From a virus (taxonomy: Duplodnaviria; Caudoviricetes): a stretch of DNA of 56,411 nucleotides. Below are positions 49,550-56,411 of this stretch, in pieces (within the stretch, counting starts at the first letter, position 1; every line of letters starts with the position of its first letter). Location of the stretch: positions 1 through 56,411 of the IMG/VR virus record IMGVR_UViG_3300003873_000009; one strand, given 5' to 3'. The translations under genes were made by a program, and so were the position numbers. The notes below the pieces were generated by a model. That model saw only the letters and a program-made list of their open reading frames with translations. It did not search any database and was not told where the DNA came from.

Positions 49550-51325
49550 ATGGATGAAAAAAAATTAAAAAATACCCTTAAAAATATAGAAAATAGTAGA
49601 GGAGTTTTAAAAACTCCAGTACTTAAAAAACTTCTTAAAGATCCTGAAGTCACTAGTATTATTAAAGACTTCCCGGGTTCTTCTAATATAGAAAAAATAT
49701 ATAACTTTTATAGAAATATAACAGAGATTCCAAAATGTACCTGCGGAAATTCCAAAAAATTTAATAAGTTCTTTAATTATGTCTCTTGTTCTAAAAGTTG
49801 TGCTAGAAAAGATCCGGATACTCAAAAGAAAATAGAAGAAACTAATCTAAAAAAATATGGAACAAAGATATCTCAACAAGCAGCTACAATTAAGAGTAGA
49901 ACTAAAAGTACTAATCTAGAGAGATATGGTGTAGAAAATCCTAACCAACGTTCAGAAATCAGAGAGAGAATCAAGGAAACTAATCTAGAGAGATATGGAG
50001 TAGAAAATCCTCTTCAGAGTCCAGAAATCAGAGAGAGAATCAGGGAAACTAATCTAGAGAGATATGGGGTAGAATATCCTAATCAGAGTCCGGAAATTCA
50101 AGAAAAGATTAAAGAAACTAATCTAGAGAGATATGGAGTAGAAAATCCTAATCAACGTTCAGAAATTCAAGAAAAGATTAAAGAAACTAATCTAGAGAGA
50201 TATGGAGTAGATAGTATATGGAGAAAGAAACCTTCGAATATCTACTATGAAGAATTAGTAAAAAGAAATAGATCTCATATGAAAAACACAGAAAATCTTA
50301 ATAAAGAATTTATAGTTTCTAATTTTTTTAAAGATGATACTCCAGATATTATAGGAATTTCTGAGTATTTTGGACTAGATAAGAAAAATTTTGCAGGTCA
50401 TATGAGACGACTTGGAATTGAATACAAGAAAAAGTTTGGATTAGTAGAAAAAGAAATATCAAAATTTATAAAAAATCCTGTATTAAATGATAGAACTATA
50501 ATAAGTCCGAAAGAATTAGATATATATTGTGAAGAATTTAAGTTTGCGGTAGAATATGACGGACTTTTATTTCATTCTTTTGGTAAAAGTAAATATGGTA
50601 TGTTTAATAGTTATTCTAAAGAAAAAACAAATAGAAATAGACACCTAGAAAAAACAAATGCTTGTGAAAAACAAGGAATTCAACTATTTCATATTTTCGA
50701 GAATGAGTTTCAGGATAAGACTCTTAGAAGAATTTGGATATCCGTTTTAGAAAATAAGCAAGGACTTAATAAGAGGATAGGTGCTAGGAAATGTCAAATA
50801 AAAGAAGTACCTAGTAAAGATACAATTGACTTTCTTAATGAAAATCACCTTCAAGGATATAGTGTAGCTAAAGTAAATATAGGAATATTTTATGAAGAAG
50901 AATTAATATCCTTAATGACTTTCGGAAAATCAAGATATAGTAAAGATATTGAGTATGAATTAATAAGATTTTGTACGAAGATAGGATATTCAGTTCAGGG
51001 TGGTGCTTCTAAGCTACTGAAATATTTTGAAAGAACTTATAAACCTAAGAGTATTATTAGTTATGCTAATCGTAGATGGTCTGTTGGAGGACTATATGAA
51101 GCAATAGGATTTGATTTTTTAGGTGATACTAAACTCAACTATTTCTATTTTCATCAAAATAAACCAAATATTTTACTTAGTAGGCAGTCTTTTCAGAAAC
51201 ATAAATTAAAAGATAAATTAGAAATATTCGATGAAAATTTAACAGAATCTGAAAATATGTATAATAACGGATATAGAAAAATATACGATTGCGGAAATAA
51301 AAAATATATAAAATATTATAATTAA
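49550..51325 (+). mobile_element. Free-standing Hef-like homing endonuclease with TNLERYGV repeats
   Basis: ELDIY...AVEYDG nuclease motif; same C-terminal domain as 9618-11291. Confidence 0.8.
49841..50212. repeat. 69-bp (23-aa) coding tandem repeat, 5-6 units
   Basis: ACTAATCTAGAGAGATATGG at 49910, 49979, 50048, 50117 and 50186; degenerate copy at 49841. Confidence 0.92.
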
Positions 51326-51358
51326 TCTTCTATTAATTTTTTTATTATATAATATATT

Positions 51359-52783
51359 ATGATAAACCCAAAAGATAAAATAATAGATTTATGTATAGAC
51401 TATATAGAAGATAGAGGCTTTGAATTTATAAAAAATTCAGGTACTTTTGCAGAACTTAAAAAAGATGAAGATTCGGATTATTTTTGGAACTCAGATTACC
51501 CATATAAAGTATATCATCGAATCAAAGATAAGTCCGAAGATTTTTTTTCAGTAATAACTAAAGATAAGAGATTTAAACAATACTGGGGAATGGTTTGTGA
51601 TGAAGAACTTGTAAAAGTTTTAAGTGAGGAGGATAAATCTCTATATCAGATTTCTGTTAATACTCCTGTGTTAGACTCAATGTCTAGTGAAGTATCTCAA
51701 TTTTTAGAAAAATATCAAACTCTTAAAATATCCTCTCCTATGGCTACAGGAAAAAGTAATATAATCTCTGAAGTAATTAATCAATCAGCTCAAAAGAATC
51801 TTAGAATTCTATTTATTACTCCGAGAGTTTCTCTTTCATATGATATATATAATAAGTATTTTGAAAAGCTTCCTAACTTCCATCATTATAAAAATAAAAC
51901 ATATAGCTTAGGAGGAAGCTTAGTAGTACAATTTGATAGTCTATTAAGGTTTGATATGGATTATTTTGATGTGGTAATTATAGATGAAAGTACTAGTCTT
52001 ATGATGTATATGAGTGATACATATGAAGGTAAAGAAGATAGATTTAGAAAAAATCTTAAACAACTATACCTATTGAAAGATAAAAAATTTGTATTATCTG
52101 ACGCGTTTATTCTTAAATTTCCTCTAGAGTTCGAAAGCTGTTTAGGAATATTAAATGAATATAGAGAAGATATAAAAATAATAGAGTACATTGACAAGAA
52201 TAATTTTACAGGAAAGATGATAAGAGAGGCTAAAAAAGCTACTATATCTATATCTAGTAATGAAAAGAGATTTCTAGTTAATATGGAAGAAAAGCTATCT
52301 AAACGCGGATTGAGATGTTTAATGCTTAATTCAGATACATCTAATAAAGAGGATGTATATAAAGAATTTGAAAAAAATAAAATAGATTATGATGTGATTT
52401 TATATTCTCCTACTCTTACTGTAGGTGTAAGCATTTTTACAGAAATAGAAAATCATTTTCACTTTGATCTTTCAGGTACTATAGATGTTGTTAGTTCTAT
52501 TCAAATGATTCGAAGAGTACGAAATGCCAAAATAATTCACTATTATATCCAAGGACGCAGAAGTTATCTAAGTACAGATTTAGAATATATTCAAAAGAGT
52601 TTAGGTGATGGATATAAAATAGTTAATGAATTTGGAGAGTCTTTTGGTATTAATAGAATAGGAGAAATCCTAAGTAAAGTAAGAAGGGTTAAAAATAATC
52701 TCATTAATTCACATAAATATGCATTTAAGTACCTCCTTAAGTATCAATTTAAAGAGGTGGATCTTAATGAATTAAGAGTTTAG
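51359..52783 (+). CDS. SF2 helicase, origin-binding-protein-like
   Basis: SPMATGKS, TPRVSL, QFDSL, IIDES, SDA, YSPTLTVGVS, QMIRRVR. Confidence 0.8.
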   Translation: MINPKDKIIDLCIDYIEDRGFEFIKNSGTFAELKKDEDSDYFWNSDYPYKVYHRIKDKSEDFFSVITKDKRFKQYWGMVCDEELVKVLSEEDKSLYQISVNTPVLDSMSSEVSQFLEKYQTLKISSPMATGKSNIISEVINQSAQKNLRILFITPRVSLSYDIYNKYFEKLPNFHHYKNKTYSLGGSLVVQFDSLLRFDMDYFDVVIIDESTSLMMYMSDTYEGKEDRFRKNLKQLYLLKDKKFVLSDAFILKFPLEFESCLGILNEYREDIKIIEYIDKNNFTGKMIREAKKATISISSNEKRFLVNMEEKLSKRGLRCLMLNSDTSNKEDVYKEFEKNKIDYDVILYSPTLTVGVSIFTEIENHFHFDLSGTIDVVSSIQMIRRVRNAKIIHYYIQGRRSYLSTDLEYIQKSLGDGYKIVNEFGESFGINRIGEILSKVRRVKNNLINSHKYAFKYLLKYQFKEVDLNELRV

Positions 52784-52791
52784 GTGAAATT

Positions 52792-53040
52792 ATGATAGGA
52801 GAGGATAAGTCAAATTTATTTAGACATTCAGAGAATATGTTTAGAATTAATAATTTTATTATAGTTTTAGATAATATTCCATATGACCTATATATAGCTG
52901 TATATATTAAGAAGAAAACATTTAGACATAATTATATATTTAAAGATGGAAAATTTATAAGAATTTTTAAGAGAGATCTTAAAAATACTCTTTTAAGTAT
53001 AGAAAATGCTAAGGAGAGATTCCCTCAATATTTTATCTAG
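52792..53040 (+). CDS. Hypothetical protein
   Basis: 82 aa, AGGTG RBS. Confidence 0.55.
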   Translation: MIGEDKSNLFRHSENMFRINNFIIVLDNIPYDLYIAVYIKKKTFRHNYIFKDGKFIRIFKRDLKNTLLSIENAKERFPQYFI

Positions 53041-53069
53041 CTTTAAGCTTTATTATATTATAATATATT

Positions 53070-53630
53070 ATAATTAGTGATACAAAATATGGTGACCTAT
53101 CAGGGCAAACTTATGAAGGTAATATAGATGTTTCTGGATTAGAATTAACTTCCCTAGAGGGTTCTCCAGAGGCTGTAAATGGTGATTTTGATTGTGGATA
53201 TAATCAATTAACTTCTCTAGAAGGTGCTCCTAAGGTTGTAAGGGGTAGATTTCTATGTGATAAAAATCAATTAACTTCTCTAGAGGGATCTCCAAAAGTT
53301 GTAAATGGTAATTTTAATTGCTATGATAATCAATTAACTTCTCTAGAAGGAGCTCCTAAGGTTGTAGGTGATTCTTTTGATTGTCGTAATAATCAATTAA
53401 CTTCTCTAGAAGGTGCTCCTGAGATTGTAAGTGGATATTTTGATTGTGGATATAATCAATTAACTTCTCTAGAGGGATCTCCAGAAGCTGTAAATGGACA
53501 TTTTGTTTGTGAAAATAATCAGTTAAATTCTCTAGAATATCTTCCATTTCAAAAATGCAACTATACAGATTTTAGTGATGATATATTTAATGAATATATA
53601 AAAGTAAAATTTCCTCATAAATTAATCTAG
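53070..53630 (+). CDS. Unannotated LRR-like repeat protein with ATA start (or start-codon pseudogene)
   Basis: Open frame of 186 codons (I-ISDTKYGDLSGQTYEGNIDVSGLELTSLEGSP...KFPHKLI*) with six 21-aa LTSLEG[AS]Pxx(V)xGxFxCxxNQ repeats at 63-bp period. Confidence 0.8.
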   Translation: MISDTKYGDLSGQTYEGNIDVSGLELTSLEGSPEAVNGDFDCGYNQLTSLEGAPKVVRGRFLCDKNQLTSLEGSPKVVNGNFNCYDNQLTSLEGAPKVVGDSFDCRNNQLTSLEGAPEIVSGYFDCGYNQLTSLEGSPEAVNGHFVCENNQLNSLEYLPFQKCNYTDFSDDIFNEYIKVKFPHKLI

Positions 53631-53683
53631 ATTTAATCTTTATTATACTATAATATATTATATAAAGAGAAAAGGATAGAAAG

Positions 53684-53950
53684 ATGAAATTTAAAAATGC
53701 TGAAGAATTTACAGCAAGTTTACTAAAAAATATTCCTAAGGTTGAATATGATGATTGGTTTGAAGAGTTTCTTCAGTCACATAAAAGTAAACTTAATCAA
53801 TTTTCTAAAAAAGAGATAAAGGAGGAATTTTATTCTTGGATTGAACATTTAAAGGATTTAGAAAGTAGGAATGAGACTAAATTACTTAAGGATCGAGATT
53901 TACACTTAAGTATTAAAAAGTTTATAGACTTAAAAATAAAAGAAATTTAG
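53684..53950 (+). CDS. Hypothetical early protein
   Basis: Repeated promoter/RBS cassette at 53632-53683. Confidence 0.7.
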   Translation: MKFKNAEEFTASLLKNIPKVEYDDWFEEFLQSHKSKLNQFSKKEIKEEFYSWIEHLKDLESRNETKLLKDRDLHLSIKKFIDLKIKEI

Positions 53951-53959
53951 GAGGAATAA

Positions 53960-54286
53960 ATGGAATTTATGGTAGGATATTGGTGGTTAGTAAATTTAGT
54001 AATTTTTGGAGTGAATTTTTACTTTCTTTATAGAGCGTTTAAATCATTTAAGAAAACCGGTAAAAAACTTAATGGATGGATGATAGCATTTTTAGTAGGA
54101 GCTACTCTACATATTATATCTCCTATAAAAATTAACGGATCAAATAGTAATGAGGTATTAAGAACTCAGTCATATTCTATAGAGAAAAGTAAAGTACTAC
54201 CCAAAAAAGTAGAAGATAATTCTTTTGAACGAGGATTAAAAACTAGTACGAAAGAAATAACTCACGAAGAAATTTGGAATAAATAG
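53960..54286 (+). CDS. Membrane protein with two TM segments
   Basis: Two hydrophobic stretches; AGGAGG RBS. Confidence 0.7.
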   Translation: MEFMVGYWWLVNLVIFGVNFYFLYRAFKSFKKTGKKLNGWMIAFLVGATLHIISPIKINGSNSNEVLRTQSYSIEKSKVLPKKVEDNSFERGLKTSTKEITHEEIWNK

Positions 54287-54536
54287 AAGGATATTGATGT
54301 TAGAAAAATGGCAAATAGATATAAAAATGTAATAATACTAGAGAATGTTTAGAATATTTAGCTAAATCGGATGGGAGTCTGTGTTTTTCGTGTTTAGATT
54401 ACAGGAATTCACAAAAACTGGAAGATTTAAGAGAATATTACTCTTTACATAATACTATTGATGGCTTTGACAAATTTTAACCTGTTTGTAAGGTATTTTA
54501 TAATATAATACAGAATATGATAGAAAAGGATAGACA

Positions 54537-54791
54537 ATGAAAAAAATTATATTAATGATAACAATGTTAGTTATAACAGTAACTTCTGTAAATGCAGGAA
54601 TGTGGTCGATGGTCTCAGGAATGGCAATGAAGGAGATTAAACCTCAGGCGGCCTATACAGTAGATACTGCTGGAGTTAATCCCAGAGTTTATGAATTTGA
54701 TACAAAAGTTGCTCCGATTAGACATTGTGTTGTTTTAATTGCTAGTTCGTCAAAAATGGCAGCTCCTACAATGCAATGTTATAAAAAATAA
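54537..54791 (+). CDS. Small secreted protein
   Basis: MKK-hydrophobic-VNA signal peptide; two Cys. Confidence 0.7.
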   Translation: MKKIILMITMLVITVTSVNAGMWSMVSGMAMKEIKPQAAYTVDTAGVNPRVYEFDTKVAPIRHCVVLIASSSKMAAPTMQCYKK

Positions 54792-54871
54792 AACACATAA
54801 ACTTAAATCATTTAAGTTGAATTTAATAATTGTTATGTTATAATGTTACATAAACAAACAAAGGATAGAAA

Positions 54872-55242
54872 ATGAAAAAATTGTATTAGCATTATCAATG
54901 TTGATTGGAATTAGTGTTGTTGCATCTGCATCAGAAACAAATTATAAATGTGTTATTACGCAAGATATTAATGTCGTTTCTGGCGTTGGTAGGAAACTTA
55001 CATCAGATGAAATGAAAAAGGCAATATATGGATTCGAGTATAATGAAGATACTAGAGTTATTGTTGATGCTGTAGGGGATATTTGGACATACGCTTTTAC
55101 ACAAAGTGATATTGATTATTTTGAAAATAAAACATCAAAGGTTATGTTTCTTATTGGTAAAAAAGATGGCAAATATTTAAATGCTGGAATTTTTAATAAT
55201 ACTAAAAAAACAATATTAAAATCTATTTGTAAAGAACAATAA
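54872..55242 (+). pseudogene. Secreted protein with apparent 1-nt deletion in an A-tract after the true start
   Basis: RBS AAGGATAGAAA-ATG at 54872 gives MKKLY*; one extra A gives MKKIVLALSMLIGISVVASA, in frame with 54898-55242. Confidence 0.6.
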
Positions 55243-55419
55243 ATGAAAAATTTTATTGTTCTTTGGGTAGCTTTTATGACTTTTTGGACATTATCTGGTC
55301 TTGCATTAGATTATAGTATTTCTAAAAGGTCTGAATATACGACATTTTTTGGGAATAAAACTTTTGTTCTTAAAACAACTCAAACAACTCAAACAACTCA
55401 AACAACTCAAACAAAATAA
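55243..55419 (+). CDS. Small membrane-anchored protein with (TTQ)4 tail (not in the ORF track)
   Basis: MKNFIVLWVAFMTFWTLSGLALDY...KTTQTTQTTQTTQTK; 9-bp ACAACTCAA tandem repeat. Confidence 0.6.
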   Translation: MKNFIVLWVAFMTFWTLSGLALDYSISKRSEYTTFFGNKTFVLKTTQTTQTTQTTQTK

Positions 55420-55431
55420 AAAGGAAATAAA

Positions 55432-55503
55432 ATGAAGAAAATTGTATTATATATTATGTTAGCACTTGGTGCTTTAGTTATGACCGGGTGTAATGAAATA
55501 TAA
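55432..55503 (+). pseudogene. Orphan lipoprotein signal peptide (5' remnant of an interrupted gene)
   Basis: AAGGA RBS; MKKIVLYIMLALGALVMTGCNEI*. Confidence 0.65.
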
Positions 55504-55510
55504 ATAATAA

Positions 55511-55609
55511 TATAAGAGGTCTACTATCAAGACTTCGACTCTCTATGCCAACTATGGTTGGAGTCTTGAAATTTTGATAGTAGACATAGTTGGCGCTTAA
55601 ACTCTTATA
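55511..55609 (+). ncRNA. Candidate pseudoknotted structured RNA leader
   Basis: Nested stems plus a 10-bp loop-to-3' pairing, immediately downstream of TATAAATA at 55499. Confidence 0.5.
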
Positions 55610-55632
55610 ATATTATTTTATAGGAGACTTTC

Positions 55633-56337
55633 ATGTCTAAAATTACACAAAAAATTAAAAAATATCATTTTGTATATCGTATTACTAACACATATATAAA
55701 CAAACATTATTACGGGATAAGAACTTCCGAAATAACACCTAAAAAGGATTTAGGTATTACTTATTTTAGTTCAAGCTCTGATAAGGAATTTATAAAAGAC
55801 CAGAAAGAAAATCCACAGAACTACAAATATAAAGTTCTAAAAGTTTTCTCCACAAGAGAAGAAGCTATAGAAATGGAAATAATGCTACATAAGAAATTTG
55901 ATATTGGTATTAATGAAAAATTCTACAATAAAGCTAAACAAACATCTAAAGGGTTTGATACAAGTGGAATTAAATTATCAGAAGACCATAAAAAACATAT
56001 AAGTGAAGGTGTTAAAAAAACAAATTACATACCATCAGAAGCACATAAAAAAATGTTGAGAGAAAAAGCAAAAGGTTCGCTCCCACAACCAAACATCAAA
56101 TGTCCACATTGCGGAAAAGTTGGAGGAGATAGGGCTATGAAAAGGTTTCATTTTGATAATTGCCCTTTAAAAACAGGAATAAAAAGAGAAAGATTGGGTA
56201 AAATGAATAACGAAATGAAACAAAAAATAAAACAGACACTATTGAACAAACCAAAATCGTGTTGTATAATATGTAAAAAAGAATATTATACATATACAAT
56301 AAACACACATTATAAAAGGAAACACAATGAAAAATAA
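55633..56337 (+). mobile_element. GIY-YIG (Seg-like) homing endonuclease
   Basis: FVYRITN..NKHYYG.R, YFSS, E..LH, FYN; NUMOD3-like SEDHKKHIS and CPHCGK/CIICKK zinc motifs. Confidence 0.88.
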
Positions 56338-56411
56338 AATACTAAAATTATTGTTACTTATAGCAATAACATTAACATTAACAAACTGTAACGAAACGGT
56401 CCCGGCTGGGT
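56327..56411 (+). CDS. Lipoprotein, possibly SPFH/band-7 family, truncated by the window end
   Basis: AAGGA RBS; MKNKILKLLLLIAITLTLTNCNETVPAG. Confidence 0.6.
   Translation, partial: MKNKILKLLLLIAITLTLTNCNETVPAG

Noticed and set aside
49841-50212. CRISPR-like periodic repeat
   Set aside because: The 69-bp period is in frame within the endonuclease, the 'spacers' resemble each other, and there are no cas genes.
3361-52197. Overlapping short ORFs (3361, 6751, 7298, 13689, 14104, 18372, 19402, 20344, 24940, 33644, 41591, 41894, 45765, 46316, 48914, 49607, 51961)
   Set aside because: Antisense or off-frame shadows of well-supported genes, with no recognisable motifs.
53140-53540. CRISPR-like or DGR-like 63-bp repeats
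   Set aside because: They encode 21-aa LRR-like units in an open frame; no reverse transcriptase gene or adenine-specific variation was seen.
53356-53547. Minus-strand 63-aa ORF in the track
   Set aside because: Antisense shadow of the LRR-like repeat frame.
55499-56390. Group I intron around the GIY-YIG gene
   Set aside because: No recognisable P7 core or in-frame U/G splice junctions were found, there is no non-coding room after the ORF, and the downstream gene has its own RBS and signal peptide.
1-56411. Stop-codon reassignment, tRNA or rRNA genes
   Set aside because: Core genes are full length in the standard code with high coding density; no cloverleaf or rRNA-like segment was seen.

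Overview
AT-rich segment of a large T4-like (contractile-tailed) dsDNA phage genome. Several gp19 tube paralogs, Hef-like homing endonucleases, a radical SAM cluster and TTTAAG/TATAAT promoters resemble phages of Campylobacterota; that host assignment is inference. Layout: tail fibre/adhesin genes (1-8.6 kb, minus), gp23/gp24-fold capsid paralog, sheath, four tube-like genes, baseplate (gp26/51, tape measure-M23, gp48, gp53, gp27, gp5, gp25, gp6, gp7, gp8), gp55/gp49/gp33/gp3, terminase gp17, a block of probable virion-internal proteins with a shared N-terminal tag (including ligase-, nucleotidyltransferase-, nuclease- and ART-like enzymes), GroES, helicase and small early genes. The best candidate for an undescribed system is 43.8-49.5 kb: three radical SAM enzymes (two with SPASM domains) next to a fibre-like protein ending in four CxCNCN[YF] repeats and an SDERLK motif, suggesting RiPP-like modification of a phage protein. 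Also notable are a GIY-YIG gene with a pseudoknotted leader that splits a lipoprotein gene and supplies a new signal peptide, and an unannotated LRR-like ORF with ATA at the leaderless start position. All calls were made by eye; no database searches were run.
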